In this document: positions 52,620-64,000 of the stretch, one piece after another | Layout of the letters: every line of letters begins with the position of its first letter | Position numbering within the stretch: position 1 is the first letter of the stretch | NCBI GenBank assembly: GCA_002633005.1 | Contig: NMRA01000006.1 | Location: 328,677-392,676, forward strand | Direction: 5' to 3' | DNA: 64,000 nt | Origin: Phoronis australis | Lineage: Eukaryota; Animalia; Phoronida | Made by a program: the position numbers and the translations under genes | The notes under the pieces: generated by a model | What the model saw: the letters and a program-made list of their open reading frames with translations, nothing else | Told to the model about the DNA's origin: nothing | Database searches by the model: none

Positions 52620-52738
52620 GTACTTATTGAATACACGTCATGAGGGAAGGCTTCTAAGATGATGAATTTGGGTTTCGTCCAGCTGTCATGATAGGGAATT
52701 CTGGGTAATTTGTCTGAATACTTTTGTTGTGTACTGTA
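52620..52738 (-). mobile_element. Tc1/mariner-like element (family A), copy 5, inverted
   Basis: Reverse complement reads TACAGTACACAACAAAAGTATTCAGACAAATTACCCAGAATTCC. Confidence 0.7.
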
Positions 52739-55389
52739 TATTTTGGAACCGGTCGGTCGCGTCGCATTCTCTTGGTGAACTGTTTATGGTAATTCTTGAC
52801 TTATTTTGCACAAAAATAACTTAAAATTGTCTTAAAATTACTTTACAAAGTCGTTTAGTTCACTGCTAATAATAGAAAATTTACCAATGTTGCTTGATGA
52901 CATACCATACACAGTACAATCCAAGCTAAAAATGTACTAGAATAAGAGGTTCCAAAGTTAGCGAAATTTGGACAGAGACCATGCTGCACAACATTGCATG
53001 CAGTGCTATGGTAGTGCATGAAAAAATATGGTGGACACTTGTGGTGTTGGGTTAACATTCAGGTCATTGGTTATTGTCTGAGTCAGCCCACAATCTGTTG
53101 TTAGTCTGAATAGCTAACACATGAGGAACACTAACATGAGCTAAAAATAACAATTCCAGGGCAAAAACACAAGGTAAGGAAATTCTTCTCAGTACACAAT
53201 AAGGCCGACAAGTGAGATTCTATTTTGTCAAATTTATCCACAAAAGTAAACGTTAAGAGCATTTTAGTCTATTCAAACAAGGATTGTAGCGTGTAGATGC
53301 CATGAAAATCAAGAATTTTGGCAATTATTTTTGTGTGAAATTATCTAAAATTACTGTCAGATGACTCCAACCTAAACCACTGTTATTGGTGTCTTGACGA
53401 TCAGAATGTGTCGAATAATTTGTACCCTGGTAATTACAAAACAGTATTTATAGTGGGAATCATCAACAACAGGTAAAAATAAAAATTCCGTTTAAAAATG
53501 TAACAAAATAAATTTCATTTTCACTTCGTATGGTTTGACTATAATAAGAGATGTTCAGTTTCCCTGCATGGGGCAAAATCACCATCTTGTATTTTGTTCT
53601 GTTTAGCTTGATAAGAAAGAAATTTGAGTTAGGCCTTTTAATCTCATAAACTGGGTTTCACAATCTTTTTTACCTTGTTACTACTATTTCTGATACTAAC
53701 AAGAACATCAAAGCCATCACTGACTAATGAAAACACTTCAGGTTTTATCCGAGTTTAGAGGGGTTGGCCAATGCTAAACAATGCGAATTCAACAATTGTG
53801 CATATGTGCATTGCCTGTGACTTGAGTTGGTAACAGAGAAATGGAATCCTATCACGGAAGGGTATATTTATGAAACCGATTCTTTGAGAGTAAAGGAAAT
53901 AATATGATTTTCATTTTTAGCTAGCTAAACAAAGCAAAAACAGCATTAAATTCTAACTAAAAATACACGAGCCTTGTTAAAATGCACTTTTAAAGGGCAA
54001 ATGAAAAGATCACACCAAAAAACCCATACCTTTTAACTGACCTCAACAATTAAAAAGATTCATTGCAACTCATGCCTAAAGGTAAAAATAAAAACTCACG
54101 CACGAAGAAATGGGTACGACATCATTAAAAGAGTACGGAGCATGCCTTACAACCCCTGATGATGTCACTGTTCATTGGATACATATTAGTGACCTGTTTC
54201 ATACTTAGAAATTTTGGCCTTACTCTCCCACTTCACTGTTGCTTAGCAACAAATGTTAGCCATGTAATTATGAGTGCATCACAGGCCAGAAATAACATAT
54301 AGAAATTACCACAGTAACTAGCGGTTAGTGGCCCTTTGCTCATGTGAGATTTAATTTAATTTCCTAAAATATTCGTGGGGAGCACAAGACCACATTTCTG
54401 CCTTAAGTCACAAGTTACTTTCATGAAATTGAGCCTGGGTTTTCCCAGCCTCCACTAGGTGTAACTTACAAAGAAGAATAGAAAAGCAAACCATCAATTT
54501 TGGGCTAACACTGAAATGTTTTTACCATTCAGTAAAGAATGGTGATGTACCGCTTTAAATGGTTTAAGCAGACTGCCACTTGAGATGACCTCAGTGATAA
54601 GGTCAGTCAAAGCCAAGGGCAATACCACTATCATAAGCAATAAACAACAACAGTAAGAAGAACTAGATTAATGTATCTGTAACATGAGACAGTACACGTT
54701 AGTTTTACCATACAACCAGCATAGTTAAATCAGACCCAGTGGCAAGTGTACAGGGCACTTTCGCTAGACCAATTGCAGTGAATGGCTAAAGTTTCATACA
54801 ACATTTTGGTACAAAACATGCGGAGAACAGGCAATGTTTGTCGTAAGTTTTAACTTATTCTTCACCATGTGGAGAACTAGAACTTGGATTCAACGGCACT
54901 TGTCATATAACAATTTTGGATTTTCCTTTTTATATCGTCATTCAAGATCAAAATCTTCTCTAGTTAGGGAAGATTCTGACAAGGCCTCCATTGGCAAGAA
55001 GCTAATTCATGTTTTATTTGCTATTTGCTCCAGGAGACAGCTTGAAAATCATATAATTTTCCTAAGCAAACGCAGCCTCACGTTCCCACACTAGTGTTTA
55101 TCAGCACCACACCGCAAATAAAATGGAATTACATAGTTTCAGGGGCAGTTTACATATTTCGTCTTGTAAACACATCAACCTAGAAATCTTGAGCGGAATT
55201 CACGGAAATCAATTAATACCTTAATGCGCTAATAAGTGCAACAATCCTTCATTTCTTAATTCAGTTTTATATGAATTACCAAGATTTCATTTTCTACTCA
55301 TACATATCAGAAGCAGTTCATTACATGGGTACCCTTATTTTTTGATTGCAATTATAAAATTTGTTTTCGCTATCATTGTTTTCATACTG

Positions 55390-55522
55390 ATCTCCCTTGT
55401 CCAGACTTCTGATCTTCATCACAATTCAGACACTATAACTTCAGTAAAATGAGACAAATTCCCCGAAATACAATACTTTTTAATACAAGTGTCTGCCAGG
55501 GTCTATAGTCAATTCAAAGACT

Positions 55523-55553
<31 letters not shown>

Positions 55554-55742
55554 AACAAACACACTCGCAGGCACAAACAACATATCTCCCCTGTCCAGAC
55601 TTTGTCACAATGCAGACACTATAGCTTCAATAAAACGAGACGAATTCCATGAAATACAATAATTTTTAATACAAATGTCTGCCAGTGCCCATAGTCAATT
55701 CACATGCACACGCACGCGCACACATACACAAACACAAACACA
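55390..55742. repeat. Tandem duplication (~190-bp unit ending in CA-rich tract)
   Basis: atctccc.tgtccagactt...cagacactata.cttca.taaaa.gagac...tgtctgccag...atagtcaattca occurs twice. Confidence 0.85.
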
Positions 55743-56226
55743 GATGTAGGAATGCACAGAGTTAATACAACATATCAGGTAACACACGACTGAAAACAAA
55801 TCCCTACAGCAACAAAATAGAAATGAGATAAAACTAGAGCATGTGGACTAAAGACAAAAACCAAGTTCTTGCACCCCATGAAACCAAGGCTAGGGACATC
55901 ATTGGGTCGGATGCTTTTCGGTGCAAGCTTTTTGTTTGGAAGCCTAGTGCGTTGTCCAGGACGCTTCAAGTAGCAGGCCAGGTTATAGGGAATCAGTAGC
56001 TTGTGGGCACTCCCTAAGGAGTCGTTGATATGGATGTACTGTCAACTAGGCGAAAACTGTATTGTCGTCTCATTGTTTGGAATTGTCTTGAGAACCAATA
56101 ATCGCAGTTGACCGGGTATTGCATTTGTTTGAATTTGAATGTGCGCTGGCACCCCTCGCCTTCACATTGTGTGGAAGAGAGCGAGGGGTGCCGAGATTGG
56201 CAGCTGTCAATCACTCTAGCTCTCAC

Positions 56227-56383
56227 CTTCCATCTTTCCTGATCTTTATCGTAAATCTTCTTTAGTGGCACCACATCATGCGCCATGAAGTGACCTAGTT
56301 TGGCTAGGTAGACTCCATTTTGGAGACCGTCTTCCAGCTCTGTAGTGGCAGGTAACTCTTCATTTATACATGCCTGTATCCAA
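56227..56383 (-). CDS. IQGAP1: IQGAP exon 3 (CH domain)
   Basis: WIQACINEELPATTELEDGLQNGVYLAKLGHFMAHDVVPLKKIYDKDQERWK. Confidence 0.96.
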
Positions 56384-56781
56384 CTAAAAGAAATTAAGGA
56401 AAAACATTTAAATGCTGCTACAAATCCACCTTTTGTAAAAAAATTACTTTACATTTACAAAATTGGCTTCAACTTGTTTCTTACGTGGATCAGAAGTGAT
56501 TGATGGGCTTGGGAATCACCGACAGTTATTGCAGTAAAATGTCACCAATATGGCCGACAAATGAAATTTTATTCTTTCATTCTTTCATAAAAGATAAGTA
56601 GCACAAAATAAATGCTATACCATTTTAATGATCTATATTGTAGATACCATTGGACGACGACTCTTAGAAATTGTGACCATGTTTAGAATCCTTTGGGAAA
56701 TGAAAAAATGCCAATTTGGCAATTATTTTTGTCCGAAATTGGTGAGATTTTACCGTTATTGAAATCCAACTCAATAATTTG

Positions 56782-56878
56782 GTTTGACATGTTGGGTTAG
56801 TATGGTCTCAAGCAATAACGAACTATCAGTTTGACATGTTGGGTTAGTATGGTCTCAAGCAATAACAAACTATCAGTT
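56782..56878. repeat. Tandem duplication (~48 bp x2)
   Basis: gtttgacatgttgggttagtatggtctcaagcaataac.aactatca occurs twice. Confidence 0.9.
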
Positions 56879-57002
56879 CTATCTGAACCCTTTAATCATC
56901 TGAGTAATGAACACTTTAGACAGGAAGTTGTAAGCGGGAAGAAGTGTTTATAGCACTGCAACACTGATAAGGAGTGTTCTTGGAATCCCTTTCGGGGGGG
57001 GG

Positions 57003-57097
57003 GGCCCAGATTGAGTGAAAGATACACATGCCTGGGCCCAGATTGAGTGAAAGATACACATGCCTGGGCCCAGATTGAGTGAAAGATACACATGCCT
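57003..57097. repeat. ~32-bp tandem repeat x3 (ggcccagattgagtgaaagatacacatgcctg)
   Basis: Three identical copies after a poly-G run. Confidence 0.92.
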
Positions 57098-57681
57098 GAC
57101 GAGGACTACTGATACACAACTGAAACGGGAAATGCAGTGTAAACTTTCCTTCGCATTCCACTGGAAATGACACAGGTTCCTATTCTCGGTGTTTAGTAAT
57201 GATGCATTACTGAAACACTGAAGTACATATCAATGACATATTAAGACATCGCTCAATAAGAATGGGTGGATTTAGGGAGGCCAAGTGGTGACTGTGTGGT
57301 AATCCCAAGATGCCCTATGTCCAAAGAAGACTACGTTAAAAGTTCTCTGCAGTGGATCTGTCTCTAAACTTTGGGACGCCAAAATTGAAATTCTAGAATG
57401 CGAAGATTGGGTCACTTCAATTTTTTTATTCATCACATTTCTCATGTATGCGGCGTTTTGAGTGAACGGAGTCTGAAAACAGACGTGGCAGTTCCTAGTA
57501 AAAAAATGGCCGTTGGTGCAACATTTTCATGCGTCCTCATAGTGTTCTGCAATGATTATTATTATGGGTGATATTGTCTAATTTCTAAAATTTGGTGCAA
57601 GCTCCAAAATAAAATGCTTCCCAAACTAGAGAACTTTTATCGTATTCACAAATGGACTGAAACACCGAACTAAACACTTAC

Positions 57682-57781
57682 ACTTTAGCCTCTTCCAAGT
57701 GACACAGATATTCGTAAGCGATGTTCTGCTTACGTTTCTCGTCCATTTCTTCAGCAGACATTCTCTCGGCATCATCCACAT
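57682..57781 (-). CDS. IQGAP1: IQGAP exon 2
   Basis: VDDAERMSAEEMDEKRKQNIAYEYLCHLEEAKV; tag/gtaagt boundaries. Confidence 0.96.
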
Positions 57782-59453
57782 CTACAAAGATCAATCAAGT
57801 GCTGTTCAGGTAATGTGACTATTACTGCGGGACATCCCATTTCACACAATGGTGGATGTACAATATTTTGATTAAAATTTGCCACGGTCACAAATGACAT
57901 TAATTTTTTGTGGTTGTACAACAGAGAAATAGAGAGGGGAAAGGAGATAAGGAGGAGGGTGAGTCGGGGAGGGACGGAGGGGGAGTCGGGAGGGAGGGAG
58001 GGGGGATGGAGGGATAGAGAGAGAAAGTTTTATGGCACCCATAGTACAAAAACATATGCACAAAATCTGCACAGTTGGTTCTAGGCGGTCTACAGAAGCT
58101 ATACTAACGTTAAAATCAAATGGCAGTATTATTCCATTTCCAATCAATTTTAATTCCCAGACACTGCCTCCATGCACCATTTCTGAATCTGCAAATTTAG
58201 GGTTGGCCAACCGCAATAAACTCTGAAGCTTTAAAATTTACGCTGTCAGGACTTTTGGTTCCTTCAAAGCGACAATACACATAATTTCAGTTCCATTGAT
58301 TGTTGTGGAGATTTCTCCAAAAATAAGCAAGGAGGTGGCACCACACATTCAATTAATAGCCTGCACCCTTCACCTTTGTTTTTAAACACCCATGCTCATA
58401 AATATTCCTATAGTCTGATCAGAGTATTTCTTAATTTAACTGCCGTAGCCATTCACTCAGACAAATGCTATGTAATGTCATGAATTTATAAGAACACATA
58501 AAAACATAATTCATACTCACCAGACCTACTTAGTGCCAAATATCCCTTGCTTTAAAAAATGAACAGAGAAATGCCAGGTGAGCTACGTGCATGCTATTTT
58601 ACCTCTTCCTCAAATGAATGTATTCATGCGACAGGTAGCAACAGCTGTGTGACGGACTCCACACAGGCATGTCGTTAAAGGTACAGTGCTGGGAGTGCTG
58701 GTAAAAACATAATCCGTACAGTAACAAAGAAAACGAAGATCAAGTTTTCAAGATCAAGACCAAGAGAGGATGTCCAGGGGCTCAGATCTCCCTCTGTTAC
58801 ATTGTTGTAATGCAGGAATTGCAAGCACCCACGCCTATCAGACCCCCCTGGATAAAATCCTTTAATGCGTGACTGTATACCAAGAATGCTTGTTAAGTTG
58901 TATTTACAATATTTCTTGCAATAAAATAGAAGTTAACTGATCACGAGCAATAGTTTTCAGCAGTTTCTTGAGTTTTATTATCAGGGTCATACGCGTGACA
59001 GAAGTAGGTACTGTCGGGGACCACTAATTTCTCCCAGATTCAGGCAAAAAACTTCCTGGGAAAAAAGAAAATTTGATTTTTACGCTGATTAAAAAAGCAG
59101 TGGCTAGAAAATAGTAGTAAGAACATACTGAGCAGCACTGGGTTCAACTGAGTGAATGTCTAATTTTTTACTATGTGACTATTTTGACTGTATGCACAAC
59201 TAAGAATACATGATAAATGATGCCCGGTTAGTGAAAACCATTCCCTCCCAAAGATATTCGCAAAGATGCTGAATAACAAGAGTTCCGAGGCTTTAAAAAG
59301 CTCCAGTTGAGCTACTGCAATGCACTGCCCTCGTTTCGAACTGTTTTAGGTCACTTTTCAGGATGTCAACTACATAGCGACAACCAAAGGGGCGAGAAAT
59401 GGATCGTCAGGTGAGGATCATCAAACGGTAGTAAAACTCTAGGCAACACTCAC

Positions 59454-59502
59454 GGCCGTAGGAAGCACGGTGACCCCTGTCAACTTGATCGGTATCTTCC
59501 AT
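59454..59502 (-). CDS. IQGAP1: IQGAP exon 1 (coding part)
   Basis: ATG...MEDTDQVDRGHRASYG, then a gtgagt donor in phase 1 matching exon 2. Resembles the vertebrate N-terminus (DEVDG...RPHYG). Confidence 0.85.
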
Positions 59503-59730
59503 CGTAGTAGTCTAATGGCACTTATAACGTAAAATAAATCATTTGTCCACGAAGACGACCACCAAGCGCAGAGACTGTCACCGAGAACAGCTCGGCAACA
59601 TCAAATGAATGACACTTATTTGTTTGTGAGGGCACCTGGCGCCAGAAATTTTCAAAACGGATAAAAAGAATTATGGGTAAGCAAATGTCGACTGTGCTGC
59701 CCTCTATTGTGCATATATGCATAAAAATCT
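59503..59730 (-). promoter_or_regulatory. Likely 5'UTR/proximal promoter of IQGAP
   Basis: Locally CpG-enriched stretch directly upstream of the exon-1 ATG, with an E-box (CACCTG) and a CTCF-like motif near 59695-59710. The TSS cannot be determined. Confidence 0.45.
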
Positions 59731-59734
59731 GGAC

Positions 59735-59975
59735 CGGGGTCCCGTTTCAAGAAACTGACTTATCATTTTTGTATCAGTTTCCAAACTTTGAAACTCCCCA
59801 TCCAATAACTTAATCAAAATTAAAACAAAAAATGAGTCAAAAGCTGAAGTCAAATTTTTAAGATCTCTTTCTTCAGTGAAAGGGACTTGAGACAAATTTA
59901 AGTTTTGTCTTAAAAGATAGGCTGAAATTTAAGAATTGTTTTATCTAAGTCATTTTACTTGGACTAGACCCCTGG
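59735..59975. mobile_element. Degenerate Harbinger-like MITE upstream of IQGAP exon 1
   Basis: Starts ggggtcccgtttcaagaaactgactta and ends taagtca...ctagacccc|tgg; similar to the termini of 3644-4349. Confidence 0.45.
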
Positions 59976-62900
59976 GCTAGATTTCTATGATATATGTAAT
60001 GTGTAAAAAGGAGCGGATATAAAAACCGTTTAAACACTAACTGAAAGCTACTATCACCGACTATGGCAATACAACATAGCATAACAAAAACATTCAAGTA
60101 ATTATTATTTCATATAAAAATCATAGCACTGTATTGAAGTAACGAAATAATAAAATCCATTTAAAAAGACGAAAATAAAAACAAAAAACAAAAACAAAAA
60201 TGGGAATTAAGTTAAAACCATACTTTGCATTTCCATGGAGGTACAGAGAGGGAACAACAGTTAATCAGTGTCGAATTAAGGGGTTAGTGTGGGAGCCCCA
60301 AGGTATCAGAAGTTAAGGCCCTTAGTAAATATATGCAGATATTACGTAGAGTTCTCATTGTCTAGCTAGTTGATGGCTTCTAGTTACCCGCAACCCCGAG
60401 GACACTAAGTCTAGCGCTTTGCTGGTGGAACCCAGTCGAAATTTTTAACCAATTTTAAGTGGTTTAACCAACGGCCACGATTTCAGGGACTGCCAACGGC
60501 GAGACAACTGTGAGAATTGCAATAAAATAAAAAAAACAGCGGGTTTTGTGGTTTTATACCTTTAGCCAGAGCGTCGTCCACCGTAAAACCGATAATATAT
60601 CGTTATACACATTCTGTCTTCGACCACTCCGTACTGTTTTAATACGCCTTAAACAGAGTAGTTCAAGTCTTAAGTTTCCTAGTTTTGTTTTTGTCAGCCA
60701 AACGCAACCGATTGTATTCACGAGTGGCTAAACACGTTTTCTTATTCTAGAACATTTCTCGGTGAATTCGTTTTAATTACCAAAGCAAGGTGTATCAAGA
60801 TTAAAAGTGTTCAACGCTGTCTCCAGTGATGATGGTATTAATCGAGAAAATTACTTCACGGGTGAGAAACAACATTACCGCCGGTCCTCCAAATCGGACC
60901 GACTCACCACAAAACAGGATCTACAGGAATCAAATGGGACCGCCGCACCAGAAAATGGGACCGACACACCACAAAAAAAAAACAAAAAAAAAAACAGGAC
61001 CGCCGGGGACTGAACATGACCCGGCGCCGGAGATTGAAACCACAATGATAAACAGGCTGTTTTATCGATTGCCGGTCAATATCGACTGTAGGCCTACACA
61101 GATCCGGCATATGCAGGTCGTCTTATGCCGATTAATCTACCGAAATCTTTTGTGCGGTACAGGACACTTCGCTTTGTAAAACGCGGCGCTTTTGAGTTTT
61201 ACTTCACCATGCAGACTCTGCTGCGGTATGTGACTTATAAACAATTAAACGAAGATCAACATTTAAAATTTATAAATCTAACCACAAACCAACCACCTTG
61301 CACGCTTTTGAGCTCTGCGTAAGTTTTAGAATAAAATGAAATTCATTTCCTCCAATTTGACGTTTTAGTCAAGTAAAAAACGTGCGTTCTGGCTCTCTGG
61401 TGAAGCATCATCATAACTATCCTTTGTAGAAGAGGAGCTGATTGAAGAATTGGGGAAAAAAGAAACTGACCACTGAAAGCCGACCTAAAAGAACGCATCA
61501 CAATTTTAACAGCGAGAATAACATGGCAGAACAACAATTTTTCCCGAGCGCCGATAAATAATTTATAGTTACTCAAGAAAGAGTGTCGTTAATAAAACTA
61601 ATTCTGTGAAGATTCTACTTGTTCAGTTTTTTACCCACGTCGTCTTCTCTCTAAGAACACTGTCCCGCAAAATTAAATGAAAATTCGCAAAAGAACTCTA
61701 AAGATAGACAGGCACAGCAGTGGTCCAATTGTCGATTGTAAAATAGGACTACGCACGCCAAATTGTGACCTCGCAAGCGGTTAAGTAGATATAAACACAG
61801 TCAACAAGAGCAACGTGGATCGTTGAAATGCGCCCACGATAGCATTGCAAAAGGTGTGCAATGAGTATGTTTAAAATTATAAGAATATCCATTAGCAGGG
61901 CCGTAGGAAGCGGGGGGGGGGGGTACGGTCCCGAAAAGATTTGTTAAACCGTGGCAACCGACATAGGCGTGGGGCCGGGGACAGTCAAGAAATAAAAGAC
62001 TGCGAAATACTGATAAGAGAGAAAATTCAAGAGAACATTTTTAAAACAACTCTGCATCAGTGCATGGCCCTACCTTTTGAGGACCATGGCCATGACATTG
62101 TCTTTAGGGTCCCCGAAAAATCGAGAAAATTTGTGTACTAATTTATTGGATTATAAATTCAATAAGTCAATTTTGCGAATGCAAAAGTATATTTTTCCAG
62201 ATGCCCCTCTCTGGCAGAAGATAACGGAGACAACTTTCGCTTTATTTTTTTTCTCGAAACTGTACATTACTTGAGAAAAATTGATGACCTGACTGATAAC
62301 ATCAATTGCTGTGCATTTCCGGATATCTGAAAAAATAGATATTTTCATATTTAGGGGCCCCGCCCTTTGAAGGAACCCATTGATGACATTCAAGTGGCCA
62401 CCCTATTTGTGTTTTTATTGACAAATTCTTACGGGGCCGCTCACGGAATCGATTACCTCTATTTTTTGTTTTTTTTTGTGGCTTTCATGTTGAAGGAGGT
62501 CACTGACTGCATCATTTTGGGACCACACGACGGTGGAATTCATTGTCACTCTTTTTTCCAAGCTCAATGATGTTTAGCCTTCCATCTCAAGGTGTCCCAT
62601 TTCAGACGGTACCCTCTCTCGGTGGAGCAGTTCGGGGAAAATGTCCGTTTGTCCATCTATACATACAAATCCGACACTGCCAAGTATCCACGATGGAAGT
62701 TGAGATTCCAAATTCATCAAAAAAAAAACACAAAAACATTCGTGCACAGCACAGCCATTCGACCGAAACAACCAAAACTGTGAAAAAGTACAGTAGGATT
62801 GCCGCGATCGAAAGGCCGTGGAATTTTGAAGAACGTGAAAACCACTATTTTGAATTACACAAAAGGATTATTTCCGACGATTAGTTATAAAATAATGTTA

Positions 62901-64000
62901 CTGTTTCTCTTAGTATCACAAGAATAGCATCTCTATTGAAGATGGTTAATTACTATGAGGTGTTTGTAAGGAATTCCCACCTGTGGAAAACACCGCTGTC
63001 TATGCTACTATTTGTGATGACAGTGTACATGTCGAAAGGGGTACTTAAAGAATTCTCGCAATCATAAACAAAGATTTCAGAATTTTGTTTTGTCACTGGA
63101 GTTCAAGTTTACCTCGTAAACCGTTATAGGTATCATTGAAATGAGCAAAATACAACTTGATACGGATGCCCTATCTGCCGTATTCCCCCGGATACCTGTC
63201 AAAAGTCTGCAAGCATGCATGCGGATATTGCTTATAACATTCCGTTTTTGTAAACAAATACGTTGGTTTCTGATTTACTTGTTTGTGTACTCTACGAAAA
63301 TCGATAGATTCATAGATGATTTTTGACGATTAGAAGCTAATCTTGTAAGAATTGATGTTTCAGTGAATTTAATTGCAGCCTGAAGTTGGAAAAAGTCTAT
63401 AATCCGATCTCCAAATAATAAAGTACACTTACGTGTATAGACGATTTTTGCATATTTAAAATAACTCTCAAAGACATTGATGAAATTCAGACTCACAAAC
63501 CGTAGTAGAAAAAAACGTTTTATAAATCCTTAATTAAATAAAATTAAACTCATTGCTTGGAAAGGTTGTCTTTGCACTTCCTTGGTGTTCTTAGTTTCCA
63601 GTACTATTGTCGACAGCTGAGCAGTTCATCAGTCGAATGTGCTTAGCACGTAATTTCACAAAAACCCGAACAGACATCCCTGGACAGGTCCAAACCGCAT
63701 GAGCAAGGCGTCGATTCTCAGCTTGGCCAGCACACGGGGGTTTCACAGGCAAACACGGCGCTTGCGCGTTACTTTGCATTAGGCTTACTTGTTTGTAGAG
63801 TATTGCACGTCCCTCATCTCTATTTATTTTTAGTAGGACCAGCAAGCTTATTTATTGGTTTTATTCATTCATTTGGCATGGATTCGGGTATTGGCACAAC
63901 TTCACGTTCGAGCGCGTGCGCAGTAACAAAGTAATTGTTTTAAACTCATAATCTTAAATTGTCTGCAACTCGTTAATACGTCCTTTTGTGGATTGTCCTT

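Larger units (their letters stand above)
52..59502 (-). other. IQGAP1: IQGAP-family gene body (IQGAP1-like); 3' end (RGCT exons) lies beyond the left window edge
   Basis: 34-35 GT-AG exons join in phase into one ORF. It has a CH domain (AYEYLCHLEEAK, GLHFRHTDN, FYPETTDIYDKKNMPKVIYCIHALS), IQGAP repeats, WW, four IQ motifs and a RasGAP-related domain (IVTGNP, LLYYRYIN). Confidence 0.97.

Noticed and set aside
61898-61912. 13-nt identity (ggccgtaggaagc) with IQGAP exon 1
   Set aside because: Looks like the CAGGGCCGTA...poly-G start of a common MITE type; such a short match is probably coincidental.
63591-63845. 84-aa minus-strand ORF
   Set aside because: No ATG at the annotated start, no recognisable motif and no clear splice context; expected by chance in a GC-richer tract.

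Overview
This is AT-rich animal genomic DNA, probably from a non-vertebrate bilaterian; the species cannot be fixed from sequence alone. One intron-rich IQGAP (Ras GTPase-activating-like scaffold) gene on the minus strand dominates the window. I traced 34 well-supported coding exons plus 1 tentative exon, from the ATG at 59502 down to 52, all with GT-AG boundaries and consistent phases. Together they give about 1,330-1,360 codons: CH domain, IQGAP repeats, WW domain, 4 IQ motifs and a catalytically dead RasGAP-related domain. The C-terminal RGCT exons lie beyond the left edge. The introns hold non-autonomous DNA transposons (Tc1/mariner-, hAT-, Harbinger- and Kolobok-like), SINE/LINE remnants and minisatellites. 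Almost all short ORFs in the supplied track are spurious. I found no convincing new multi-gene system. The best leads are a 77-nt near-perfect intronic hairpin, a 31-bp-phased CCAAT array, a shortened or absent sixth IQGAP-repeat exon, and a set of CTCF-like motifs with partly divergent orientation.
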